From Takakia lepidozioides (taxonomy: Eukaryota > Plantae > Bryophyta): DNA of 64,000 nt. The DNA is taken from positions 94,550,001-94,614,000 of the forward strand of contig CM060731.1 of assembly GCA_030704615.1 (NCBI GenBank), written 5' to 3'. Below are positions 1-11,915 of this stretch, piece after piece. The position numbers and the translations under genes are program-made. Positions within the stretch are counted from its first letter, which is position 1. Each line of letters begins with the position of its first letter. Below the pieces are notes generated by a model. That model was not told the origin of the DNA. It worked only from the letters and a program-made list of their open reading frames with translations, and ran no database searches.

Positions 1-18
1 GAGGCAAGCCTCAAGAAA

Positions 19-270
19 ATGAAGATGAGGGAGGAGGCAGCAGCTATTAGAGCCCGTCAGGCTCGTAGATTTGTGTTGGATTCTGCTGAGGAAAGTGGGG
101 GAGAAGACGCAGAAGATTCCCAGGAGGTGAGGTGGACAGTCCCCCAAGGAGAGGACGGGATTTTTGAGAGGCATAGTGGAACTGATGCATCACAGAGCTC
201 GGAGGATGAGGGGGATGAGGGGGATGAGGAAGAAGGTGGGGCAAGTTCCTCGGAGGGTGTAGGAGAGTAG
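19..270 (+). CDS. Last coding part (acidic C-terminal tail) of the ParB-methyltransferase gene of copy A; 5' part lies outside the window
   Basis: RRFVLDSAEES...EVRWTVPQGEDGIFE matches the C-terminus in C (23984-24181) and in B (RKFICDSADES...EVRWSVPQGEDGIFE, 16892-17092). Confidence 0.7.
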   Translation: MKMREEAAAIRARQARRFVLDSAEESGGEDAEDSQEVRWTVPQGEDGIFERHSGTDASQSSEDEGDEGDEEEGGASSSEGVGE

Positions 271-433
271 TGCCCATTCCGGCTATGACACTTAGAACAC
301 ACTTGTATAGACGTGGCTTGCCACAAAATTTGCAATAAAATGTTGGATTTCAAGTCCACTGGTGCCACATTTCAACTTCACATGACCCTATTTCCGTGCC
401 TCCTAACCCTATTTCCGTGGACTCACAATGGTC

Positions 434-491
434 TGCTCATGCTTTTTTTTTTCCCGCTCATGCTCATGCCGCTCATGAAATAGCAGCCCCC
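434..491. repeat. Terminal inverted repeat of copy A with GCTCAT sub-repeats
   Basis: ctgctcatgc...gctcatgctcatgccgctcatgaaatagcagccccc; the same terminus occurs at 20699 and, inverted, at 23748. Confidence 0.8.
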
Positions 492-564
492 CACAAACAA
501 TGGTGAGGAACCAATGGAAAGGTCCGTAATAGAAAGACAATTGCACGAAAATGACAACATCATA

Positions 565-637
565 CCTCCCGCATGTACTGTCCGAACTGTCGATACCGGA
601 AATGCCACCACCCCAACCAGCTGTGCAAGGCTCCTAG
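565..637 (-). pseudogene. 3' piece of element B transposase exon 1, separated by the LTR retrotransposon
   Basis: LGALHSWLGWWHFRYRQFGQYMRE continues ...WWNTSGAVETTN(LG) at 7592. It is homologous to C 'EGAMVSWLAWWHYRFLQFGDYMRE|gt'. Confidence 0.85.
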
Positions 638-1364
638 TGTCGTGCACCTCACTTTGGTAAGCTCTCCCCTCAAGTCATAGTTACTCGCTTGATGCGCGCG
701 CCTAACTCCCAACCTGGCCGCCGGGCCAACTTGGAGCTCCGGTTGCTCACCGGGGCATAACGGTCCCCCCTTTGATCTCCCAAAGAACCCTCCAACGATT
801 TCAAACCAGCGGAATTCCCTTTGGTAGTTGGCAGTCCGGAACAACTCCCCACTCTTTGGTCGCTTTCCGGCTCACTCGCTTACTCACTAGTTTTTGGTCA
901 CCAATGGGCTTGCACCGTTCTCAGGTTTACTACTCCCTATATATACTTTTGTAGCTGTCCGCGGGGGTTTCACAAACAACCATGCCATTTTATGGCGAAC
1001 CACCACGAATACCCTTGACTCCCGGTGATGAGTCGCGGTGAGTCTTGGCCCACCCACCACGGCCCCTATGGACCGTGATGAGTCCCAAGACTCCCCACGA
1101 CTCCCACCACGAGGTCTCCGCCCTAGGGTGAGTCCTATGCCACCCCCACTAAGTCCCGCTAAGCTACCATCACCCCTTGTGGAGCCACCCCCACCGCACC
1201 CCGGTGTGCGGGGCTCCACCTAGTGAGCGCCTCTGCCTCCTTGAGTGCCTTGGGCACTTAAGGGTGCTTCAGCCCCCCATACCTATCACTGCCACTGCCC
1301 CCACCACAGGGGCAGCCCCTCTTGTGTCCCAACCCCCCTGCCTTCAAGGCAAAGGGCCGCGACA
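638..1364 (-). repeat. 3' LTR of chromovirus copy 1
   Basis: TGTCGTGCACC...GGGCCGCGACA; direct repeat of 6865-7591; a purine-rich tract precedes it on the minus strand. Confidence 0.92.
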
Positions 1365-2270
1365 CACACCCCTACTAACAGGGAGCCGATGTCCTCATCG
1401 GCTTGTCCCTTTTGTGGAAACGAACATCCAAGTTGTGGCGTCCCACATCAAGGAGTTTGTTTCCGTACCATGGCGTCCCATGGCAAAGAACCAAACCCCA
1501 CACTTGACTCTACTCTCCACTAGCTAGTTCGGCCGACTTCCTCCAAGTCCCGGCCAAGGGTGGAGCCTCTCAAGCTCATCCCAGTGCACTCTTCTTGGCC
1601 TACTTCAAGGCCAAGGAACGATCCTCCCCAAGGATCGAATCGCCTTACTGCAACAACATTGCTTGCGACCGCTCATGATGCCGCTTTTGGCATCACCTTG
1701 AGCAAGGGTTCACCTCGAACCCTCTTTGACTAGGAAGATAACCTTGAACCAACCGCGCGCCCCAATCACTACAATTGGGTCCGCCTTGGAATGCTGGCCT
1801 GAGGTACGGGAACACGCCGAAGCCGCACTACGACTTCGTCTCGAGGCTACACGATTATAGTACATGAACGGAAGCATGTAGCTTCCGCGTTAGCCCGCAC
1901 TACAAAGCAACCCCCTCGGTAGCGCAGTTATAGTATGCGCGCGCGCCAGGTGCGCACTAGCACGTGAACTCCTAAAGAAGGCGCAAGTTTCCTTGCCCCT
2001 TGGATGGGAGTCGTCTGATTTTGGCACTGCGCAAACACACGATTAACCCAATTTACCTCTCCCACTTTTGTAAGCTAGCATGCATTCTACACACTAGCCA
2101 ACCACACCATGCATCACCATTCCAAACAAAATAGGACGCACAACATTTGGAACCCATTTCCTTTATAACAAATTTTTGTACAATACAAGTTTTTGCAATC
2201 GGATTCCTAAGCTAGCTAAGCCGGGCTAAGCATGCATTTCCTCCCCTACGCTCCAAGGTTGATGTCCCCA

Positions 2271-5200
2271 TCAATGCTTCTTCCGCTTTTGAGGTCGCCC
2301 TTCGAAAACTGCAACCTCCTCGGATGCGTTGCCCATTTCTGAGGCACGCACCCAAGATGCCTCCACATGATGATAGCCCTTCCATTTGACAAGATACTCC
2401 GTTTCTCGGTTCTTGAACCTCCTTGACTTAAGTACTGCCTCCACCTCGTACTCAGGTTCATTTTCATGATCCAACAGCACAGGTGGCGGACGCAACACTT
2501 GATGCCGATTCGGACGCGCTTCATCTTTGAAGTAAGGCTTCAAAAGGGAGACATGGAATACTGGATGCACCTTGTTGTTTGCCGACAGCTCCAATTCATA
2601 CACATCCTCATTCATAACCTTCCGGATGCGAAAGGGTCCCGCATACGGAGGTGCGAACTTTGGACTCACTTCCGGAGGTAGTCGGAAATTCTTGATGTTC
2701 AACAGACCTCCGTGCCTGCCTCAAACTTCACTTCCCTCCGCTTCCGATTCGCCTTCCTTTCATACCGTTTCCTAGCTTTGGCAATGTTGTACTTTGCGAG
2801 CTTCAACAAACGCTCGCGTTCTTCCAGTACCGCCGTTACTGCCGGTTCCTCAACGTCCTGGGCGGCCCAACTTGTTGGCACCAGAGGTGTTTTTCCATAG
2901 ACCACTACGAAAGGGGAAACTCCCATTGCAGAGTGTTCTGTGTTATTATAACATAACTCTGCTGCGTCTAAGTGTTCCACCCAGTCTGTTTGGTCTGCCG
3001 ACACGTAATTCCGCAAGATCTGCTTCACTACGGAATTCACTCTTTCCGTTTGGCCATCGGTCGTAGGTCGGAAGGCGGTGCTCATCTTCAGCCTCGTCCC
3101 CATCTTCTTCCAGAGTGCCCTCCAAAATTTACTTGTAAACTTTGGATCGCGGTCCGAGACAATATCCTTCGGGACTCCATGATGCTTTAAGACGTGGACG
3201 AAGTAAAGTCGTCCTGTTTCCTGCGCCGTTGCCGTCTCCTTGGTGGGGATGAAATGGCCCATTTTACTGAACCTATCCACCACCACCATGATTGCATCGA
3301 ATCCTTTTGACAGCGGCATAGCAGTCATGAAATCCATCGAGACGCTTTCCCAAGTCCCCTCTGGAATCGGCAAGGGTTGTAACAGGCCCGCTTGTTTTTT
3401 GTACTCGCTCCGGTTTTGTTGGCATGTGGTGCATGTCTTGACATCTCTTCTGCCTACTCCCTCAGTTTGGGCCAGAAATACTCTTCTTCAAGAGTGCCGT
3501 AGTGCGCTTGGCTCCGCTGTGGCCCGCAAGCGGGCTATCATAGCATTCTCTCAAGAGGCTATCTCTGATCCCCCCTCGGCACGTAGAGACGCTTTTGCTA
3601 TACCGGAGGAGCAGTCCATTTTGCAAGTGGAACTGCGAGTTTAACCCCCATCCTAAAGTCCGCATCAGGACTTCGCCAGCTCATCCTTCCGGCAAGCGTC
3701 AGGATCTTCCTTTGGAGCGCGTCTTGCCCCTGTACACCAACAAGAGCTGCTGCGCTTTCTACTTTAAAGCATCGGCCACCACGTTGCATTCCCGGTTTGT
3801 ACTGGATATCCACGTCGAACACCGCCAAAGTATCTGCCAGCCTAAGTTGTTTTGGGGACAACTTGGGTTGCGTGGCAAAATACTTCACCGTGACATTGTC
3901 CGTGGAACACCGTCACTAGGTTGGAACCAACATAGTGGCGCCAAAGCTCAAGACGTGCACCACCGCCTTATATCCTTCTGTGCGTCGGCCAACGTCGCTC
4001 CACTTGCCATCAGTTTCTTACTTTCGTAAGCCACTGGACATCCATCTTGCATCAGTACGCCCCCAAATCGCGAAGTCCGACGCATCTGTAGTATCTCGAA
4101 TGGACGATCGAACTCCGGGATTTTCAAGACTGGAGCTTCCGCCATCGCTGCTGTCAATTTTGGCCACAAAAGGTGTTCCATGCCCAGCTTTGGATTTACA
4201 CAGAAGGTCTGACAGCGGCCCCGCGATCTTCGCGAAATTTTCTCAATACTTCCGGTAATAGGAGGCGAGTCCTAGGAAGGATCGCACTCCCGGGACCAAA
4301 GTCGGAGGCTCCTAGTCCAAGATTGCCCTCACCTTCCTGTCATCCATTCTGATCCCATCTTGTGTAATCACATGCCCCAGGAACTCCACTTTTGTGACCC
4401 CGAATTTGCACTTTGAAGCTTTGGCATACAGCTTCCCTTCCCGCAATTTTGGAACACCCTTTTGAGGTGCTCCAGGTGCTCCTCCTTGTTTTGAATACAC
4501 CAAGATGTCGTCAATATACACGATCACAAAGTCATCCAACCACTCCTGGAAAAGGCTGTTCATCAGCGTGCTAAAGGTCGTGGGAGCATTGGTGAGTCCA
4601 AAGGAATCACCAAGAACTCATATGAACCATACCTTGTCCTGCACGCGGTCTTCTCCTCATCTCCTTCCGCCACTCAAATTTGATGATAGCCGGAGCGCAG
4701 ATCGATCCGGCTGAAATACTTCGCTCCTGCCAACCGATCGAAAAGGTCGTCGATCCTTGGCAAAGGGTACCGGTTTTTGATAGTCACCTTATTCAAAGCC
4801 CTGTAATCGACACACATCCGCAGCGTCCCATCCTTCTTGTCTGCGAATAGCACCGGGGCTCCGTAAGGTGACTTACTCGGCCGGATGTACCCCTTTGACA
4901 TTAGATCTTTGAGCTGAGTCTTCCGCTCGACCAACTCTTTGTGGCTCAACCGGTAGGGCGCCTTGGCAGGCGGTTCCGATCCTGATCACCTCAATCTTGT
5001 GGTCAACTCCTCTTCACGGTGGCAAGCCGCTTGGTAAATCCTCCGACATCACATCCTGGTATTTCTCCAAAATCCCCTTGATCCAATCTGGGCTTGGCTC
5101 CCCACCACCTTCTCCCTTCACTTCTCTAATGTAAAGCAAAAACTTGGGCTCGTGTGCCTCCTCCACGGCCCACTCCCTTGCTGACAGAAGGTTTATTCGC

Positions 5201-5310
5201 CCTCCCACGGGCTTGGGCGTTTCCGACACTCGTAAGAAGTCGCCACCATCCCCACATGGCAGCGTGACTACTCTCTTGCGGCCATCTATGACCGCTCCGG
5301 ATTTGCTCAA
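2271..5310 (-). pseudogene. pol: pol (RT-RNaseH-integrase-chromodomain), frameshifted
   Basis: [44 protein letters not shown]...[14 protein letters not shown]...DGQTERVN, GPFRI...HPVFHVSLLKPY, and chromodomain EYEVEAVL...EYLVKWKGY...SW. Confidence 0.93.
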
Positions 5311-6809
5311 AAGGTCATCCCCAAAATGAGATCCACTCCATCAATCTCACAGATGGTGAAGTTCTCACGTCCCTCCCAACTCCCCAGTTGAAGAGGAACA
5401 TCAAACGCCAACCTTGTTGCCAATTGCGGTTCTCCTTTGGCAGAACGCACCTCAATAGAGGCCCCCACGTCACTTGTCGGGAGTCCCAGCTTTTGTGTCG
5501 TTGCCGGTGTCATGAAGGAGTGCAACGCTCCTGTGTCCACCAACAATGACACGTTAGTTCCAGATATTATCCCATCCACGAACAATAACTGACTCCCTTT
5601 ACGTAAGGGGCCAGTTTCCTGATACAACTCACAAGAAAATTTGCCTACCTTGCAAGTCCTGGCGACCCACGCTTCCACCAAGCGATTGATGGTATCTTTC
5701 GACAGCTCTGTGGTTGCCCGAGTCATGTTCAATTGCCGGGGCTTCGTGCACTTCTTGGCCATGTGCCCGGGCTCCCCGCAATTGAAACACACTCCATCAA
5801 AGGTCGCCTTCTGTCCGCCATAGGCCGCTCCACCCGCTTTTCCTTTCGAAGCACCGGGTGCCGCCTTGACTTGTGAAGGCCCTCCCTTCGATTTCCACGT
5901 GCCATTGTCGCCGCGTGGCCTATCCCACTTCTTTTCTGGTCGGAAGGAGTCACCTTCCCACCGGGTCTTCTTGTGGTTTAGCTCCGTACGGCCTTGTCTT
6001 TCACCCTTAGGGACATCCGAGAAACATGCAGCCCTCTCAATTGCCTCATTCAAAGTCTTAGGTGGCTTCTCCTTCAACTTCCGCCTGGCCCATGGGGCCA
6101 GTCCCGCCACAAAGTTGAAGACCATTTCTGGTTCTGCCATGTCCGCGACTTCGAGCAACAGCACATTGAAAGCCTGGACATATCCCCGAATGTCATCTGT
6201 TTGCTTCAAATTCCTCATCTTGTTCCGGGCGAGCCAGGACGCGTTGAGGGGCACAAACTGCCTCTTCATCAATTCCTTGAACCCACTCCAGTTCAAGGTT
6301 TCCGGGCTTGGACCTCGGCCGTGAAGGCGTTTCTGCCACCATTGTTGAGCATAGCCCCTCAAATAGGTGGGAGCCACTTCCACCCGATCCTCGTCACTCA
6401 ACTTGGCCGCCCGGAAGTACTGCTCTAGCTCCAAGAGCCAGGTGTTGAGTGCCTTCTGATTTCGGACGCCCTCAAAGGTGCCGGGTTCCTTAGGCTTCAC
6501 CTTAAACTTAGCCTTAGTGGAAGTGGCATTAGCCGCCTTCAACACGTCTTTCAACGTCCCGCCAAATTGCGCCAACAACCCTTCCCAAAAGGCTGTCGGC
6601 ATGGGAGGCATCTGTTGGTCGGTCGGAGCTCTCAGGGATTCCTCAGGCTCCAACTCCTTAGATTCCTCCCGCTCTTGAGCGGCCTCGTTTTCGGAAACAT
6701 GCATCGCTTCCTCAAACGGCCGCCTCGGTGACACGTCGCCCCCATCGGGCTCACCAGGATCATCATCTTTTGGGCCGTTCCGCTTTCGCTTTGGCTTGCC
6801 CGACCCCAT
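5307..6809 (-). CDS. gag: gag-protease of chromovirus copy 1
   Basis: Long ORF with a retrotransposon gag core (LRGYAQQWW...LKQTDDIRGYVQAF), zinc knuckle CFNCGEPGHMAKKC and protease LVDTGALHSF. Confidence 0.9.
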   Translation of the reverse strand: MGSGKPKRKRNGPKDDDPGEPDGGDVSPRRPFEEAMHVSENEAAQEREESKELEPEESLRAPTDQQMPPMPTAFWEGLLAQFGGTLKDVLKAANATSTKAKFKVKPKEPGTFEGVRNQKALNTWLLELEQYFRAAKLSDEDRVEVAPTYLRGYAQQWWQKRLHGRGPSPETLNWSGFKELMKRQFVPLNASWLARNKMRNLKQTDDIRGYVQAFNVLLLEVADMAEPEMVFNFVAGLAPWARRKLKEKPPKTLNEAIERAACFSDVPKGERQGRTELNHKKTRWEGDSFRPEKKWDRPRGDNGTWKSKGGPSQVKAAPGASKGKAGGAAYGGQKATFDGVCFNCGEPGHMAKKCTKPRQLNMTRATTELSKDTINRLVEAWVARTCKVGKFSCELYQETGPLRKGSQLLFVDGIISGTNVSLLVDTGALHSFMTPATTQKLGLPTSDVGASIEVRSAKGEPQLATRLAFDVPLQLGSWEGRENFTICEIDGVDLILGMTF

Positions 6810-6850
6810 GATGAGGCCAATCCCAAGGACAATCGCGTACTGAACTCTAA

Positions 6851-6862
6851 GCTTTGATACCA
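6851..6862 (-). promoter_or_regulatory. Primer binding site (tRNA-iMet)
   Basis: TGGTATCAAAGC immediately inside the 5' LTR (canonical TGGTATCAGAGC). Confidence 0.88.
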
Positions 6863-6864
6863 AG

Positions 6865-7591
6865 TGTCGCGCACCTCACTTCGGTAAGCTCTCCCCTCAA
6901 GTCATAGTTACGCTTGATGCGCGCACCTAACTCCCAACCTGGCCGCCGGGCCAACTTGGAGCTCCGGCTGCTCACCGGGGCATAACGGTCCCCCCTTTGA
7001 TCTCCCAAAGAACCCTCCAACGATTTCAAACCAGCGGAATTCCCTTTGGTAGTTGGCAGTCCGGAACAAACTCCCCACTCTTTGGTCGCTTTCCGGCTCG
7101 CTTGCTTACTCACTAGTTTTTGGTCACCAACGGGCTTGCACCGTTCTCGGGTTTACTACTCCCTATATATACTTCTGTAGCTGTCCGCGGGGGTTTCACA
7201 AACAACCATGCCATTTTATGGCGAACCACCACGAACACCCTCGACTCCCGGTGATATGAGTCGCGGTGAGTCTTGGCCCACCCACCACGGCCCCTATGGA
7301 CCGTGATGAGTCCCAAGACTTCCCACGACTCCCACCACGAGGTCTCCGCCCTAGGGTGAGTCCTATGCCACCCCCACTAAGTCCCGCTAAGCTACCACCA
7401 CCCCTTGTGGAGCCACCTCCACCGCAACCCGGTGTGTGGGGCTCCACCTAGTGAGCGCCTCTGCCTCCTTGAGTGCCTTGGGCACTCAAGGGTGCTTCAG
7501 CCCCCCATACCTATTGCTGCCACTGCCCCCACCACAGGGGCAGCCCCTCTTGTGTCCCGACCCCCTGCCCTCAAGGCAAAGGGCCGTGACA
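6865..7591 (-). repeat. 5' LTR of chromovirus copy 1
   Basis: TGTCGCGCACC...GGGCCGTGACA; direct repeat of 638-1364. Confidence 0.92.
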
Positions 7592-9603
7592 CCCAGATTG
7601 GTTGTCTCCACTGCACCTGACGTGTTCCACCAAGCCTCGATGATAGCAAACTTAACCTCCGCGTCATCAAATGTGGGTGCATCCTTCCACGCCGTACAAA
7701 GGACACGGTGTTCAGCCTGGAATGAGCTAGCAACAAATTTGGTAGTGTAGTGAGATAGACTCTGCATCCAATGGAATCCACAGGATCTCTCTTTCCCTCC
7801 ATTGGAACATTGGGGTCCTCACCGTACACACGCCGCACGCTGCCCTGTTGGCTGAGCGTTGTCTGCCATGAATCCCTGAATTGGGCTCTGGAAATCCCGC
7901 CCTTGCCATCTGCTTGTTTATGCCCTCCCACAGATGCATCTCCGACTATGTGTCCTCCCCTTTCATCTCGCAGATTGCAATCGTCATGAGCCTCTTGGAG
8001 TCATAGTCATAAACATGCGCACCCATAGTCACCCACTGATGGTTTGTAATTCGCTTGATGTGATCAAACATCACCCAAGCATTCGACAAGTTTCCTGTTG
8101 TCATGCGAGTGACCAAGTCGACTCCACTCCCAGGCCCACACGTCGACATTTTTAAAAGTAACAACGATCGGATTCGCTGCCTTGCCCTGGAAACCTGCTA
8201 CCTTGGATGTAGTCATATCCAGTCATTCGTTTCACCTCCAGGATTGAGTGCATGTCCGATCCCCGGCCGAACTCCTGCTTGCAAGATACGATGTGATTCC
8301 GCACATTTGGACTACAAACGTGCGAGACGGACTCCAACAGATCAAGCATCTCCTCTTCGTTCAAGGGCACCCGGTCTGAACCATCTTCAGACATGATTTT
8401 GCCAAGAGCAATTTGGGCTGCCTTCAGCTGAATCTGCTTTGGTCTGGCTCCGGGGCTCAATTTCACCTCCTCTTTTATGATGTCGCGTGCTTCCTGCACA
8501 GCCTCACGCATGTTGCCTCTCGCCAAGGGGTGGCAGTGGACCCCAACGTGTATGCAAGCTCTAGTCAAGTCCGGGAGCAAATGGATTACGTAATATTGCT
8601 TGGCTCTGCACATGGACATGCACGTCAGTGGTTCTTTGCAATGTGCGCACTTGAAAGTACCCACAGGAGCTTGGCTGGAGACAGTGAATGGATGATGCGT
8701 TGTGCCAGTCCAATCCGTCTCGTTTCTCCGCCCTCCTTTGGAGAGAAAGTGGAAGCAGGCGGGATTGAGGCACCTCAGCTTCCCCACACAGAGGACGTAT
8801 CGTACACGAACACCATCAGCAATTTTCGTGCTACTGGTCTTCGTCACACACCAGGGGTGTCCGTCATGCTTTCGATCCATGTCTGTTAACATCCCTGAGG
8901 CTTTGTTTGAGGAAGTAACAGGTGGAAACTCGAAGATGACATTGCCATCGACTTCGGGAGGCAGATACGTTACCCTGACTGGAAAATTTGGCATAGTCGA
9001 GAGCAGCCAGCTCGGAGCGAGAACCATCGAGGTGATGTTGCCGTAGGAGCTGCACAATGGACCGGGTTGGAGTTATGCTCGAGGGTACATGCGTAGCACC
9101 TGCAGAGACGTCCATGTCGGATTGAACGACCGTGTGGAGGACATGGGACCTCAATGCACTCATCTTCCTCGTCGGAAATGTCGAATACCTCCACAGAAGC
9201 TATGGAGGGTCTTGACGGTCCAGGTCGGGAATGATTATCGTTGCATACCTCTCTGTTGGCAGTGGCCGCCTGTCGGTTTCCGGACTCCTTTGTGGATGGT
9301 GTGGGCAGCGACTGATTCGGAAAGGGAATGGGCATTCCCACAGCTCGGTACAGGATGGTGTCTGATGGGGGTACGTGCCATTCGATTCCGCAACCTCTAT
9401 CGTTACCTAGCACGACAATGGTCTCGTCAACCTGTCCAAGAACATCCTTCCTTTCTTCTTCCAAATAAACTGTGCCCGGGTTTGAGCTTGAATTTGGAAC
9501 AAAGGTAAGTTTCAGTCACTCTGCAAAGTCCTCCCTCGTTTGGGATCCAGGCTCTCCCAAGTTGCGGAGGACAACAAACTATAGCGTAGGAATTCGGAGC
9601 CAT
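7592..9603 (-). pseudogene. Mutator-like (MULE) transposase of element B with GCM/WRKY-like N-terminal zinc domain; frameshifted and interrupted
   Basis: DGHPWCVTKT...YVLCVGKLRCLNPAC...CAHC...C...HVGVHCHP, then WVMFDHIKR...LMTIAICEMKGED. Collinear with the C transposase (32108-35682). Confidence 0.85.
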
Positions 9604-9996
9604 CGAAGACCGCACGAAGTTGGCAAGTGCGAGGTTCAATATAGCGACAAACCAAGGCTCACAGGCACCATGTAAGTGGATCTGCGGAATCCATCGACGA
9701 TTGGAAGTCGCACATTGAAGTGGAAAGTATTGTTTCAAGCTACATGCATGAAGGTGGGAGGTGTGATTCCATAGCCAGTAAGTATGACAATGATGGTCGA
9801 TTCGGCGACGAAATAACATCTCCTGACAGTTTCTCCTGAGGGTGGATCCAGCAGTATTCTCGGTGCAGACATGAACGTTCGCACTGACAGTGCTAGGACT
9901 GTTAGTTAAAACGGTCAGACAACCAAGTTGTGCTCATCAAGACAGGCCGCAATTGTGTTGTTTCGGAACAATGCAACCCATTCAGGCTCCGCATGC

Positions 9997-11650
9997 AGAA
10001 ATGAGGTTCCGCATTTTCCGTCTGGAGTGATACTTTCAATTGCTGTTCGACGGAAATACGGCGCCGCATTTCCGTTTTGCATCTTAGTCATGCACCAGTG
10101 CGACGGAAAACCGGCACCGAGTTTCCGTCCGGGGGAAACCTTTATACTCTCCACAACGGAAATACGGTAACGCATTTCCATCCAACAAGCACGGTATGTG
10201 AAGGTGGAATGGAAATGCGGTACCGCATTCCGTTTATGATTGAGAATCATGAACCACGAGAACTGAAATGCGGCACCGCATTTCCGTCCGAGTCGTACCT
10301 TCCGACATACCAGAACGGAAATGCGGCGCCCCATTTCCATTTTGTATCTGACGCATGGAGCTGAGGGAAAGAAATGCTGCATCGCATTTCCGTCCGGGTG
10401 AGACCTTCATACTCTCCAGAACGGAAATGCGGTACCGCATTTCCGTTCTGACTGAAAATCGTGAACCATCGGAACTGAAATGCGGCACCGCATTTCCGTT
10501 CAGGTGAGACCTTTATACTTTCCCGAACGGAAATGTGGCACGGCATTTCCGTTCATCAACTAAGGTATGTGAAGGTGGAACGGAAATGCGGTACCGCATT
10601 TCCGTTCAGATTGAAAATCATGAACCACGGGAACTGAAATGTTGTGCCGCATTTCCGTCCGAATCGCACCTTCCGACATACCAGATCGGAAATGTGGCGC
10701 CGCATTTCCGTTTTCTCTCTCAGGCATGGAGCGGAGGGACGAAAATTTTGCACCGCATTTCCGTCCGTTTGAGACCTTCATACTCTCCAGAACGGAAATG
10801 CGGTACCTCATTTCCGTTCTGACTGAACACCGTGAACCATCGGAACTGAAATGCGGCACCGCATTTCCATCCGAGTCGCACCTTCCGACATTCCAGAACG
10901 GGAATGCGGCGCCGCATTTCCGTTTTGTATTTGAGGCATGGAGCCGAGTGACGGAAATGCTGCAGCGCATTTCCGACTGGTTAAGACCTTCATACTCTCC
11001 AGAACGGAAATGCGGTACCGCATTTCCGTTCTGATTGAGAATTATGAACAACGGTAACTCAAATGCGGCACCGCATTTCCGTCCGAGTCGCACCTTCCGA
11101 CTTTCCAGAACAGAAATGCGGGGCCGCATTTCCATCCATGTGAGACCTTCAAACTTTCCAGACCGGAAATGCGGCACCACATTTCCGTTCAGGTGAGACC
11201 TTTATACTTTCCCGAACGGAAATGTGGCACGGCATTTCCGTTCATCAAGTAAGGTATGTGAAGGTGGAACGGAAATGCGGTACCACATTTCCGTCAGATT
11301 GAAAATCATGAACCACGGGAACTGAAATGTTGTGCCGCATTTCCGTCCGAATCGCACCTTTCGACATTCCAGAACGAAAATGCGGTGCCGCATTTCCCTT
11401 TTGTATCTCAGGCATGGAGCTGTGGGACGGAAATGCGGCACCGTATTTCCGTTCAACAACTAAGGTATGTGAAGTTGGAACGGAAATGCGGTGCCGCATT
11501 TTCTTCCAACAAGTACGAATGTGTAGCTTCGTGATGATACTTAACGGAAATGCGGCGCCGCATTTGCATTTTCACTCCAAGTCATCAGATGCTGGGACGG
11601 AAATGCCTTGAAATGTGAACACGTGGAGCAACGGAATTGCGGCACATGTC
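9997..11650. repeat. Phased array of about 30 copies of the 22-bp palindrome GGAAATGCGGCGCCGCATTTCC with ~31-bp variable spacers (53-bp period)
   Basis: Palindrome starts checked at 10052, 10105, 10158, 10211, 10317, 10423, 10529, 10582, 10688, 10794, 11006, 11165, 11218 and 11271, all multiples of 53 apart. The array lies between the divergent transposase and ParB-MTase genes. Confidence 0.93.
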
Positions 11651-11915
11651 TGCACTGTATCTGACTGAAGTGGCATGAAGGGGCGCGGCCTGACCGTTGG
11701 ATAATGATGTTTGTTTTTCGGACGGCAGGCGTACCCTGAACGATTCGAATTTCGTAATGACGCAAAGTCCACGAGGAGACACTTTCGTCCAACCCTTTCG
11801 AACCCAAGTGGTGCATCACCGCCGTTTCATCTTCTTTTGTCGTGTCTCTCAGTCACCCCTCTCGCGCCCTTTCCATCTGCACTCTTCGCCCCTTTTCCCT
11901 GTCTCTGTTCTTCTT

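Larger units (their letters stand above)
1..491 (+). mobile_element. Right end of ParB-MTase/Mutator-like DNA transposon copy A (same subfamily as copy C), inserted in the transposase intron of element B
   Basis: 1-491 is near-identical to the reverse complement of 23748-24252. It ends in ...GCTCATGAAATAGCAGCCCCC and abuts the intron that follows the 'YMRE|gt' exon of the B transposase. Confidence 0.85.
638..7591 (-). mobile_element. Full-length, degenerate Ty3/gypsy chromovirus LTR retrotransposon (copy 1)
   Basis: Paired TG...CA LTRs, PBS, gag-PR-RT-RH-IN-chromodomain order. 5-bp TSD CCTAG (633-637) / CCCAG (7592-7596) with one mismatch. Confidence 0.95.

Noticed and set aside
772-1527. 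Short ORFs within LTRs (also 7053-7620, 54806-55593, 57830-58485, 63194-63880)
   Set aside because: They lie inside LTR sequence and have no protein motifs.
9915-11611. ORFs with repeated MRYRIS/KCGAAF/GNAAPHF peptides (also 17183-18334, 30163-31955, 35660-36321)
   Set aside because: These are translations of stop-poor palindrome arrays in all six frames, not proteins.
9997-11650. True CRISPR array
   Set aside because: Spacers recur and are related to each other, no cas genes are present, and the context is eukaryotic with introns.
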